Shown piece by piece: positions 1 to 12,116 of a stretch of 64,000 nt of DNA (position 1 is the stretch's first letter; every line of letters starts with the position of its first letter). Where the stretch lies: positions 1,860,001 through 1,924,000 of the forward strand of contig JAYWIR010000026.1 in the NCBI GenBank assembly GCA_036172245.1. The letters are read 5' to 3'. The position numbers and the translations under genes were made by a program. The notes under the pieces were generated by a model. The model was not told the origin of the DNA and did not search any database. It saw nothing but the letters and a program-made list of their open reading frames with translations. This stretch comes from Raillietiella orientalis. Lineage: Eukaryota.

Positions 1-847
1 GGAGAGCCTTTCTGCACGCAATGCGGCTGGTCATGCAAGCTTGGTTGCAGGAAAGAATTGCAAGTGCCTTCCTCGAGCTCACTGGTTAACCGACTTCAAT
101 TTTTCTGCTGTCAAGAGTTTCTGTTGCATCGCATTATCTACTAATATGGACCTTTATGTTTTGACCGGTACACCACGAGGCTGGTGGAAATAAGACCAGA
201 GCAGCCTTCGTTGTTTGCATTCCAGACAGATGAATCAGTGGGTGAGAGACCTATTTCTCTAATTTTACGGATCCTTGCGGCATTTCGAAATGTCTTCAAC
301 CAAACTGAACATGTTATCAATGAATGGAGAACAGATAACTGAAGGTGGTTTCCCCATGGGCTTCCACACATCCCCGAAAAGCAGACTGAGAGTATACCTT
401 CCCTATAGGTTCTGTATGCAGATATGCAGCCGTCACTAAACGCAAACACTTGAGACCTTTTCAAAATACAGAAAGCTCCAAACTGAAAACGCATCTTCTC
501 TCTAAGGTGCAAAGTTGCACCTTTCCTAGAAACGGATCTAGCTTCGGATGCTGGACTCAGGCGATTTTTATTAATTTATTTTTTTTTTTTTTCTGATGTC
601 AATTCCACGTAGAGGAAAACGAATCGAAACAGCGCACTTGCAAGAAAGCGATTCGTGATCTTCCTGAGATCTCAAGGAGTGAATCCACTACTAGGGAAGG
701 AATCATCCGCCTCTCGGTGCACCAGGCAGGCATCACTTCCTAAACACACACAAGTGCGTCCGGGATGCCCAGTTTTTTTCCGGAGAACGAAAAGCGCAGA
801 TGCAAGCAGAGTGGAGGGTTTGAGGAATTAGGGGTAGTCGATCTGCG

Positions 848-868
848 AATAATAATAATAATAATAAT
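848..868. repeat. (AAT)7 microsatellite
   Basis: Read directly. Confidence 0.95.
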
Positions 869-2485
869 GCAGATTCTCACGTGGCATAAGGGGCAACCCG
901 ACACGGTCACGCTCTGCGCCGAAAATCCGACTTGTAAGGCAAACAGAACAGGCGTGCACACGGAGCTTGGAAGATTTGGCTAAAAGCTCCGGCGTGAGCG
1001 CTTGCCCCACGCACGAAGCAGGCAGCATTTGCGTGGTCGTATTCAGGGGGGAAGCAGTGGAGGTGACTGAAATCTCCTTCGTCACGAATGTACATCAAGC
1101 AGAGATCCCATATCCCCGGAGCGAGCCTGCGTTCCCTCCTCTTTTCCCACAGAAAGCACACAGCGTGCACGTCCCTGTCAGAAGCCGATCCGCGAGTAAG
1201 CGCTGCAGTAACTTTGGCAACCACGAATGGGACGTCTTCGTACAGGAAGGATGCATGAGCACCGTGTACAGCTTCCGACGCTCGAGGAAAAGGAAATCCC
1301 GTCGGGGGTAGAAATTCGGCGGGCCGCGCACGCACAGCGCAAGAGTTCGTTTCTTACGAACGAAGAAGACTGCCTGTGGTGCCAAAGTCGTTTGTAAATT
1401 GGCCTTGGTAATCTTAGGTAGAAAACTTCGATAACCAACACGGTCAAAGACCCCAAACAAAAGAACCAGCCCTAATGTCCAGCCGTGCCTACGTAACTTT
1501 GCCGAGGGAATTACTATAAAATGGGAAAATGGAATTTTATTTTAAAATGAAAAAGAAAAGAATGGAAAGCAGAGGCAGAAGCAGACATTGAAATCTGAGG
1601 GGGGGGGGGAGCTAATGAGATTTATCCCCGATGTTTAAACACGCTCACAATGTACAATTTACAAAACCCTGAGAGAGAAACGGAGAACCCTTTTTTTTTT
1701 TTTTTTTTTCTCTCCCCCTCCTACGTGTCCGGGCACGTCCGCAGAAAAAAAGTTCATCTCTGTCTGCGCCCGCGAGACGAGCGAACCTGCACAGACGGAA
1801 ACTGCTGCAGCATCATCATTCTCGCACAGCAGGAGTCTGCTCAGAGGGAAAGAAAAAAAAAAAAACATGCGACAAACTGGCAGTTCAGAAACACGCCGGG
1901 CCCTTTTTTCAAGGGGGAGGTCGGAACCCGAAAACCAAAATACCCGGTCCATGCCCATCCGACAGTAAACTGCCACCGGCCCGGTAAACCGACTGCAACC
2001 TCGCAAATCACGAAGGTCTGCGGTCCGGCTCTTCCGGCCCAGCATCCGCAACCCAGCAAGGACGCGAAATAAAGTTTCCCCGTGTGCGGAGAACGAGCCG
2101 TCCTCAGTCATGTCGAGAATTCAGTGCGATGTAATGAGAGATGAAAGCAATGGAAGGCCGGAGTGGAACACGCTTTTCTAAAAGGAAGGAAAAGGAAAGA
2201 GGAAACGCCGACTGATCGTAACTACTCTTGCAGCACGAGCAAACACACAACAAAATTCAAATAGAATGAGAAACTGATGTAAATCTGCGATTCCGATAAG
2301 CGCCCGATTAACTTCCTGAAGTTCGGGCCAAAGTTTCCCGGGAAAATTCCAGCCTGGTGAACTGGTGGAAAACCTGTTTTGCCACGCTGGGGGAAACCAC
2401 GTAATCCACAAAGAGTCCGGGCTGGGGTACTCGGGGACCGATGGCGCCAACCTCCTGCTCCACCGGACTGCCCAGCCATCGTCCG

Positions 2486-5400
2486 TCACCCGGATGGGTA
2501 TGTACTTCCGGCTGGCTGCTCCCCATCCGAGGGATACGCCAAGTTTTCGCTCAACCACTGTTCCGTTTCGTTCACACTCTTTCCTTTCCTCCGGGCGTAA
2601 TCCGTTATCTCGATGGATACATTACGCGATGAATGCATCCTCTTATGCTTACTTGATCTTTGCAAACTTTTCCAACGGAAAAATATTTACTAAGGCTGTT
2701 CGCGAAATACAATCCACAAATGCTGGAAGCAGGGATCATGGCATAGGTCTCTGTCAATTTAATGCCCGCTTGCTCCGGTGCCAGCAATTTCCAGAGCACC
2801 GACTTTTCGCTATGGTCCGGCTGACTTGGATATCCGATTGCAGGTCTAATCCCCTAACACGAAAAAACTTATTTGCCTGCCCTGTACCTGCTGGTACCTC
2901 ATATTTCATTTGATGTAGTTCTTCAGGCAGCAAATCTTCCGGAGGAGCATAACCCCACAGCTTCTGGCGAACCTCCTCGTGAAGGCACTCAGCCAGGGCT
3001 TCCACTAATCGATCAGTCAATGCATGGGCAATGATGACACCGTATTCGTCATAGTTTTCTTGCAGCCTAAAAATGCCTTAACGGAGAGGTAAGGAGTCAT
3101 CGACTCATACTTTTGACACCATGATCCCAATCCAAAGATACTAACAGAAAACATGCCTATGTAATCTTGGACGCCAGAGTCGAGAGGCGCAACAAAATCT
3201 GATAAGCACAAACATGGCTCTTCCTGTTCTGTAAGCCGCTTTGACTGCTGGCGCAAGCAGCAAAACTTTGCGATTGGCGTGGAAGATGCTTCGTCAGCAT
3301 ATAATAGAATATCATCTTCCACGGCTTGTGCTCGAAAGAATGCCAAAACTGCACGGGCTTCCAGAACTCCATTATCAATCGCCTGCTGCAAGAGCTGCCG
3401 GCCATCGTTGTAAACCTTTTTCGCTTCCTCTCCTAACAATCAGCGTTTGCACGAGTTCTAATCTTCGAAGGACTTACCAACATCAACGTCCATAAAGATA
3501 TTAGGGTACTTTCTGTTCGGGTAGCGACCTTGTAGCTGCAGAACATCAAAATAGGGTCTCCAGTCTATGTAGGCAACCAATCTGCCTAGATTATAATGTT
3601 GAAGAACTTTGCGTCCAAGGAAGGATGGACCTAAACGAAAGTTCTCAACGTTCCGGATAGTAAGGTCTCACGGGTGATGCATGTGGAGGGCCAGTCTATC
3701 GTGAGTTGTCTTTTTCTTGCTTCCGACAAACTGAAATATTTCTGACCACTAGAAAGCGTCTTCTGCAAAATAACAAGATCTTCATATTCTTCCTGTAAAC
3801 TCTCTAGGAAATCCAGTTGTAATTTGGGATCCAGGAGTGCAGCACACTATTTTCTCATTACATTTCGTTTACTACACACTGCTCACCACAAGAACACTTT
3901 GCGAGGCATCCAACACATGGATTACTGGATAGCTATAATGTGGTGCTATCCTGAGAGCTGTGTGCATCTTTGAGGTGGCTGCACCTCCAATCAATAAAGG
4001 GATTCTCATGGATAATCTTTCCATTTCTTGAGCCACATAGATCATTTGAGAAAGAGATGGTGTAATGAGTCCAGATAATCCTACAATGTCCGCATTTTCC
4101 TTCATACATGTTTGAAGAATTTTGTCTGCTGGTACCATCACTCCCAAATCAATGACTCTGTAGTTTTTGCATTCAAGCACTACACGCACAATATTTTTGC
4201 CAATATCATGAACATCTCCTTTAACTGTAGCTAGAACAATGGTGCTATGGTACTGCAACAGATCTCCAATCAGAAACCAAATACCTCACTCACAGAAATA
4301 TTTAGATGAATGCTGGAAGCATCATTATTCATCCGAGAGGTGAGAAAGCCAACTGACTGCTTCATTATCCTAGCAGATCTCACAACCTTGGTTGAAGAAA
4401 GTGCATAATTTAGCAACAAAGTTTATTCACCTGAGGTAAAAATAGCTTGCCAGCACCAAAAAGATCACCAACTTCTTTCATGCCCTCCATCAGAGGCCCT
4501 TCAATAACATCCAGTATCTGAGGGAATGCAGACTTCAGTTCCATGATCTCCGATAAATCCTGTTCTATATAATGATCAATGCCCTGGAAACACATCAAAT
4601 CAGTTTTCTGCTCCAGCAAACCTTGACTAGTGCATGCTGTAGGCGCTTCTCCACTGGCAGTTGGCGCCATTGCTGATGTGGTACTTTAGCAGCCGATTTG
4701 CAGTCAACTTCCATATAGTTTAGTAAATCTTCAGTTGCTGTTTGTTTCCGATTCCAAAGAAGATTTTCACATAAATGGATTAGTTTGGGGTCAATGTTAT
4801 CATTTGAAAGGGTAGCTCCAACATTCATGATGGCTAGATCCATGCCTGACTGATCCACCATTCAGGATTATCACTTATTCGAAAAGTTTTTCACCTGAAC
4901 TGCATGTGATAAAAATACGGTGTGAAGAGCATGGCGCACACTTGGTTTGCCTCGAAAAGAAAAAGAGATGTTGGATACACCACCAACCACCCAGCTCCCA
5001 GGGCATAATTGCTACACAATTTCACTTGCAATAGCAATTTCATTTTACCTTTAATAATCTGGTAGCCTCAATGAAAGAAATGAAATTTTCGGAATGCTCG
5101 ACCATGCCTGTTCCAACAGGGAAAACATTTGGGTCAAAAATAATGTCTGATGGACTGAAATGGACTTCCTCCACAAGTAGATGGTATGCCCTCGTGCAAA
5201 TGCTCACTTTGTGTTCTATGCTGACTGCCTACCAAATTAAGCTATTATCTACTGACACGCTGCTTGTTGCTTATTGTCTGACTTGTCCCTGTTCATCAAG
5301 TGCTGAGAAAATGACAGCAGCACCATAACGACGAATCAGTGATGCATGTGTTGATAAATCTTTTCCTGATTTGAAATTGATGGAGTTCACAATACATTTT

Positions 5401-7474
5401 CCCTGACAGCACTGCAATCCAGCTTCAAGAACATGAAAATCCGAAGAATCCAGGCACAAGGGCACCTGTAGCAAACAGAGATCATTTTAATCATATTTAG
5501 TTACTAACCTTGGCAATTTGAGGATTACACATCATTATGTTTACCAGTTTGGACATCACCTCTGGACCATTAATCATTCCATCATCTACATTAATATCCA
5601 AAATTTGGGCCCCTTCCTCAATTTGCTGTCTGGCAATCTCCAGAGCTTCCTGAAACAAAATGCAAGTGCAAAAATGCCACTTCTGTAAAATTACCTCATA
5701 TTTTCCTGATTTTATCAACTGACAGAATTGGCGTGATCCAGACACACTGCATCGTTCACCAATCTTTATAACTGGTGTGCCAGGTGCTATGATCAGAGGT
5801 TCCAGTCCTGCTAGCACAAGTCTGGATGACCATATGCTATCCGTCAAACACATCCGAGGCTTCAGCCCTTTTACAGCTTGTGCCATGGCCAGAGTATGAC
5901 AAGCAGTTGTACCACAGCACCCTCCTATAATATTTACCAAACCAAGAGTTGCAAACTGACTTAGTTGTTGAGCCATTTGAACTGGAGAATCTACATAGTT
6001 TCCAAATGGATCTGGCAGCCCTATCAGACTGAAAGTTGTGCATAGTCACGAATCTAAGAAACACACCTGCATTTGGATAGCAAATGACATTTCCTGGGAA
6101 CAAATTGGACATTTCTTGCAGGTGAGGCAGCAGTGGAGCAGCACCCATGGAGCAGTTGATGCCTATTCTGGAAAGGAGGCAAATCAGTTTAGCTGGTTTC
6201 CACCATAGTATCCAGAAAAAAGGTTAATTATTCTGGAAACTATGGCAGATTAGCATTTCCCTTAAATGATCAGAGAAAGTTTTCTGATCAAACAACTAGA
6301 AACATCTACTGACCCATCAAAGGCTACATGACTAATGCTTATAAAGAAAGCTTCTAGTGTTTGTCCTGACATTGTACGGCCACTTAAATCAACCAAACTG
6401 ATTGCCACCTGGTCCGATTCTGACTTGATCGTGTACACACTCTATGTGCTTACAAACAGAGGAATCCTGGCATAGCCTTCATCAAATAATGTTTCTGCTG
6501 CAAAAATAGCAGATTTCAGGTTCAGTGTGTCGAAAACTGTTTCAAATAAAAGAATATCAACTCCTCCATCTAAGAGACCCTTAATTTGAGTTCTGTAGGC
6601 TGCGCTCAGACGAGAAAAGGCTACAAAATTTGCACTGTTTGAAAGTTCGTAAAACTTTACATGTATTTCTTTGTTCAGGATGCTCCAAGGAAGAGGAAAT
6701 GGATAGTGTTTTATTAGTTGGTCCTATGGCACCAGCAACAAAACAGGTTTTTCCTTGCTCCTTATACAGGTCCTTTGCAGCTGCTCTGGCTATTTTCGCA
6801 GATTCTACATTTAACCTTGAAGGAACGTGATTTTTCACATAGGCCTGTGAAATTTCTGACCTATAGACATAATCCTCTAGCCCATAACAGGATTGTGATA
6901 TAGCATTTGCATTGAATGTATTGGTCTCAACTATGTCTGCCTGGGCATCCAGATATTCCTGTGTGAATTCAGAAGAGTCACAATTTCGCACGAAAGCGAA
7001 AGAAAAATGAGAAAGGTGAAAACAAAAGTTTCCAAAAATTAAAAAAAAAAAAAAAAAAAAAAAAACCTTATGTATTTTATAAATGAGCTCCGGTTTTACG
7101 ATCGACAAGACTTCATTATTGTTATGCAAATCGTAGGGATGGGCTTCGAATTCCTTTCCGTGAAAATCTCCAGAACTCAAATGCTCCATTTGAATCCTGG
7201 TACCCATAGCTCCGTCCAGGATCAGGACCCGCTCTCGCAGCTGCGAACGCAGGGTTGAACCTGGAAAAAAGGGGTTCCCCAGCGAGTTCCCAACGCTGCA
7301 CAATGAAAAAACAACATGGCAAGAAGAAGAAGAAGAAGAAGAAAGGAATAGACTACAAAAATTCAAAACAGAGAGGCATTAACACATGGGGAGCCGTGGT
7401 GCCATTCAGCATCTACTGGATAGGAATATCTCAAACATGTATCACATAATCTTACATCTGGTCTTCCGATCCAT
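2486..7474 (-). CDS. MTR: Cobalamin-dependent methionine synthase (5-methyltetrahydrofolate-homocysteine methyltransferase), spliced, 22 exons, about 1252 aa
   Basis: Hand-spliced exons (minus): 7456-7474, 7067-7260, 6861-6958, 6661-6815, 6454-6620, 6314-6408, 6067-6167, 5695-6020, 5509-5649, 5283-5465, 5049-5228, 4895-5011, 4622-4849, 4431-4583, 4294-4386, 3887-4252, 3672-3846, 3478-3630, 3111-3432, 2898-3066, 2653-2853, 2486-2608. Total 3759 nt in frame, all introns GT-AG. Motifs in the expected order: [35 protein letters not shown] and GGCCGT (Zn ligands), [41 protein letters not shown] (B12 His), [31 protein letters not shown]. The 19-nt first exon (MDRKTR) is the least certain part. Confidence 0.96.
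7321..7343. repeat. (AAG)n microsatellite in MTR intron 1
   Basis: Read directly. Confidence 0.9.
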
Positions 7475-7914
7475 CAGGTATTTAAGATGGTTTGCAACAG
7501 TTTCTTTAATTCTGTGGTTAGGTTTTGATCTCTGCACGTATAAATTGCGTTGTGTGTCACGCTAGTGGGAAACAGGTCTAACACCTTGGATCCTGGAATT
7601 TTCTTGCATTTTCATAATCTCTTTCCTTTATCCTCCGGATCAAATGCAAGTCACACGATGCAATCCCGTGTTTTACAAGTTACGTGCAAAGCTGGAAGAA
7701 AATGGAAAAAAACGAATAAACTGAACGCGTGTGTAAAATCCTGTAAGCTGCAAAAGCACTCGCACGACCACAAAAGTGGAAGTGCCTTTGGAGTTCGCGG
7801 GCAGCCATTTCGAAGGAAGTGCGACACGACGAGCAACGTATGCTGACATTTCCTTCACAAGACATGCAAGGCCATAATGATGCATTCCGCTTCCTCGAAT
7901 CATCTTCATGTTCC

Positions 7915-7945
7915 GAACACATTTCCAGCACCTGGAAATGTGTTC
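7915..7945. repeat. Perfect 14-bp inverted repeat with 3-nt spacer
   Basis: GAACACATTTCCAG-CAC-CTGGAAATGTGTTC. Confidence 0.9.
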
Positions 7946-10900
7946 CCATTACAGGACACAGATGCTTTGCTAAATGCGTGCAGACATCCCGGAATCTGAC
8001 GGCACCGCTTCGTTTGGAACTCAAGGCCAGTAATCGAAGGAACCACCAGGAAATACTTTATAAGTTGGCAGGGGAGGAGAGAGGATAGATGGTTTCTTAA
8101 TTTCTTAATTTCACTTCCACTTGTTGCCTGTGGCAGTGATTGGTGTGGGCTGCTCATTCGCTTGAAGAATGGTCAGTCCCAAAGCATCCCACATCTCACT
8201 GGGATGGTCACCTTCAAGAAATGCTGCTAGGAAAAACACACGACTCCTTCCGGAAATCAAACTCCAACAACATATTTGCTTGTTGCTTCCAATGTGTACC
8301 TCTATCAGTTTTTTTTTTTTTTTTGTTTTTTGCAATGACTCGAAATCCGGAAACTATTCACATGTTTACTGTTTGTAAATTTTGTGCACGAATTTCAGAT
8401 GTCTGACGAAAGGAATTTGATAAGCCTCTGATAAGCTTGAATGATTTAGTTCTTACTTGCTCGGTTTCACTGCATCGACTTTACAAATGTAATCTTTCCA
8501 GTGTTTTGAGCAATCCAAAGTGCAAGCAAATTTCTTCTCAAGTCGGAGGAAATTTCTGCTCATCAGTGTGAAATTAATCGCGCGTCATGAAAACTGTAGA
8601 TAATGCCAAGGCGTTTGTGGGTTCAAAGTATGTATTTGTATTTTGTGGTCTGATTAAAAAGTTGCCGTCAGAATAAGGTGCCAGGATCTTGGCATAACAC
8701 AAACAGAAGAGAAAGCATCCATCTGAAAAGTTCTTGATTCGTTTTTGAGAAGCAGACGGCAATGTTACTCGAAAATCCATATGGAAAGTTTAAGCTTCAA
8801 ACGGGAAATAGATTGGGAAAAAGCAAAAAACCAATTCGGAATTTCGGAAGGAATACGGGAACATTGAAAGGCTTCTTTCCTCTGTTCCATACGCAGTATA
8901 ATGAGATAGAAAGCCAATTCGAATGTGAGGACAATCCTCTTTGTTATATGTTTATCTTAAGAAAATGAGATAGATGGAAGTTCGCTCGTGCAAAAGTAAG
9001 TCGATGCCAGCCTGAGAAATAAACGGCAAAATACGAGATCTGTTGCCGAATGGAAGGAAGTACGAGTGCCTAAAGGAAATAGCCAACTGATTTTCCTTTG
9101 GTCACGTCCAGAGGGGTTACGTACGTTCGGGGCCTGAAGAGTGATTTTACGTACGATGCATTCCTATGGCTTCGGTTTCGTTTAATGGAATTCCCCGAGC
9201 ACAGGGAAGACGAGCATTCCCGTGAAGGATATGATGCTGAAACGCGAAAATGTGTCCGTTGAGCGTTCGGAGCAGACGATCTCCCGACGACTCGTGCTCT
9301 TCAAACTGCTGGAGGGCTGAAACGGGTTGTGCATGCCCTGAAACACAGGAGCGCTTGCCGCAAAGAGTCGGGCAGAAGGCAGGGAGTTTCACCTCCCAAC
9401 CAGGCAGCTCGGCGCCATCGCTCCCCTCCCCCACCTCGTTCCGATCAGAGAAGGATTCTCTCGCGATCCTTCTTAAAATAGTTGTGCGTGTGTGTGCGTT
9501 GTGTGGGGAGGAGAGGGGGAGGAAGGGGGGGGGGTTGCGTGTTCCTAGCTGTTGGATTGTCGATTGGGCGATGCCCACAGTCAGTACGACGACGATGACG
9601 ACACCTCTTCGCCGTCCACCGAGGAATACACCAACGGGCTCAAAAGAAGGCTCTTGCGGCTCCTGAAAGACTCACGGAAGGTTTCGATCACTGAGACCGA
9701 CTGGAGTCTCCGATCGTCACCCTGTTGCCGAGGTGAACCGGGATCAATGAAGAGGGATGAAATCACAAGGAGTTCCACCACCGCAAGGGCACCTGTAGCC
9801 AATTGCGTGCGCCGTGGACGCCATCCTCTTGCTGTCAACGAGACTGTCACCTGCCAGGCGAAGGGAGGAGGAAAGTCTGGAGCAACAGCATTTATTCTGG
9901 AAGTCAGAAGGACGGTGCGATGCCGGAACCTCCCTAGCGAGGTGCTTTTGGGGGTCGTTCGTGATGCCCATCCAGTCCAGCAGAAAGGGAAAAAGCTCTC
10001 GACCACGTGCGAGAGGAAAGTCTCTTGGCTGGAGGAATGACCGGCAACGGCTCTGCAGGCAGAGTTCGCTTTCCGAGATGCGGACGTTCGGATGGCTTCA
10101 AGACGGCGACGGCGACGACGCGGATGACAAGAACTCCTCTAGTGCAGGTCCTGCCACCGGCTTCAGCTCTGAGTGTTCGTGAGCCCGGAGGGACGGGAGG
10201 GATGCCCCGTGTCTCTCTCCGGGAAAGGGACTCGTGAGGGCGGGAGGGCGGAGCTGAAGAGGCCCTTTTTCCAGTCACGGACGCACAAGGTTCCGGACGA
10301 CATGGGAGAGTTCGCTTCAGACAGAGGTGTGGGTCAAAAAAGGCATCCTGGAAGGGTCAGTGCCACGCGGAAACTCGAGGGCCGCGTGCTTAGCCGGCTG
10401 GAACCAGAGGGAGAGAGTCCTTTCCGGTTCCCAGTCCTATCCCGAGGGGAGCGGGGAATTCTCTCTCGTGTCAACTGCGGCGCGGCTCTTCAGTGCGGTG
10501 GCCTCTTCGATGGTGAGCCCGCGGAGATCATCCAAGAATAGTTCCTGACCTGGCAAGCAAAGGATGCCCCCCGCGTCCCATCGCTCTCCACCGGATCTCC
10601 CTCTGACTCGTTCCGAAGCGGCCCCGGTGGCTTCCGAAAGAAGCCTGCCGCGCCTACGAGGGGGAAGAGCTGAAGTGGGGCGCTGCGGGTACGTCTGCAA
10701 CTGCACTGGCCGTGCCCTAGTCACAAACCAGCAACCCAATCCGAGAATACCCTGAGCCAGGGGAAGGTGCCAAAGAAGATGGGAGTCAGTGGGACAGATG
10801 GAAAGGAAAAACCTCCCTCGTCCCTCCCCTTCCGCTTCCTAATTCTTCCTTGGTGATTCGTCGGGTCATCTGGAATGAGTTTCTCCGCACAAAAAGGAAT

Positions 10901-11796
10901 CGCAAACAACCCTCCCCCACCCTCCGACGAGGGGGTCGGGGGTACCTGGAAGGGCATCATGGACTTTCAACCGGACGTCATTCATTATTTGCAGCGTTGA
11001 CGGAGAGACCCCCTAGGGAATCCCGGAGAGAAAGAGAAAGCCCATCCTTGAAAGCTCCTCTTCCAACATTTACCCAGGGGAAGAAGGGATCTGTTACCCT
11101 TCCCCCTCCCTCCCACACACTCACGCAGAGGCAGGGAGCAAGAGTAAGGGAAGAGGAGGTGGAGGAAACAAGAGGGACCTCCGACATTCGGAGAGGGTCG
11201 TTGCGTGGTCGTTCCTGGCCCGACTGCGGAAACACGCAACTCAAGAGCGTTGCTGCGCTCCGCATCCGAGGGGGCCACTTTTGTCATGCGTGCAGGAGTA
11301 GATTCCCCCCTAACAAGGGAGCACCCTCAAAAGACTGGGGCGCAAAGGGCGTCTCTCGTCTCACCCCTCCTTCTCTCTCTCGATGCAGGATCGGACGGGA
11401 TCGAAGCCGCGTTGGCTGTGGGTGCGTCCCAGTAGCAATGGAGTCTTCGTGGAGAGGGCGCCCGAGGCATGGGAAAGGAACCTCTGTAGCACGAGGATGG
11501 AGGTGAGGAAGCACCATTATTCCTTCTCTCCTGCACCCGGGAGTTTGGAGCTGAGAGGTAGCGCAGCCTTCCGCCGCCACTGCCGTTCGCGAGCAGCCGG
11601 GGATTTCTCTGAATGCGCGCCACCTCTCGAAAGGTTCAAAAAGTTTCCCGAAGGGGCGCTGCGGAGGACTCCACCGCCTCTTAGCACGAGAGCCCGTGAG
11701 CTTCCGAGTCGGCATGGCAGGCTAAGGGTCCTGGAAGCAGGGGGTGAGCGGGTGTTTCCTCCCACCTCGCTCCGTCTTCCCGTTCTCCCCCTCCTC

Positions 11797-11932
11797 CTGG
11801 AGCTCTTTTGAGGATTGCCCGCAGGGGGACCTCCGGCGTGGTCCTCGAATCCCTCTGTGGAAAGCGGGATGGAGATGGTGCACCCCCCGCGCTCCCTCCG
11901 GAACCTCAGCAGTGGTCCACAAGGGAGAGGAC
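11797..11932. repeat. Diverged direct duplicate of about 13137-13272 (3' end of the terminal Sidestep exon)
   Basis: GGAGCTCTTTTGAGGATTGCCCGCAGGGGGACCTC..GGAAAGCGGGATGGAGATGGTGCA versus GGAGCTCTCTTGAGAATTGCCCGTAGAGGGGACCTC..GGGAAGCGGGATCAAGATGGCGCA. Confidence 0.85.
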
Positions 11933-12110
11933 AGGCGCGAAGAAGCGAGAACTTCCGGTCTTCCTAAGGCGCTTCCTTCCACTGATCCGTCGTCTTGATG
12001 GAAGCCGGCCGCGTACGCACCCTCCTCCCTGGCGTTCTTCCTCGCCGCTTTCCCCCCTCCTTTCTTCCGCGAAGGGGAGGAGGCAGAAGGGAGACGCGTG
12101 CGGATGCAGC

Positions 12111-12116
12111 TTTATT
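12111..12116 (-). promoter_or_regulatory. Candidate polyadenylation signal of the Sidestep-like gene
   Basis: First AATAAA I found on the minus strand after the stop codon, about 1 kb downstream, in otherwise GC-rich sequence. Confidence 0.35.

Noticed and set aside
1..2400. Possible exons of a neighbouring gene (for example plus-strand RAFLHAMRLVMQAWLQERIASAFLELT at about 3-84, and an acceptor/donor pair at about 1152-1196)
   Set aside because: I could not build a consistent spliced model or recognise a protein family.
2486..7474. Bacterial metH contamination or recent horizontal transfer
   Set aside because: It has 21 GT-AG introns and animal-type MTR motifs ([20 protein letters not shown]).
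7475..8000. Cobalamin riboswitch upstream of methionine synthase
   Set aside because: No B12-box pattern recognised, and the context is a spliced eukaryotic gene.
9147..10760. Protein-looking frames such as SQYDDDDD..RKVSITETD (+) and QELFLDDLRGLTIEEATALK (-)
   Set aside because: No family match and weak splice signals; the Sidestep model already ends at 13131.
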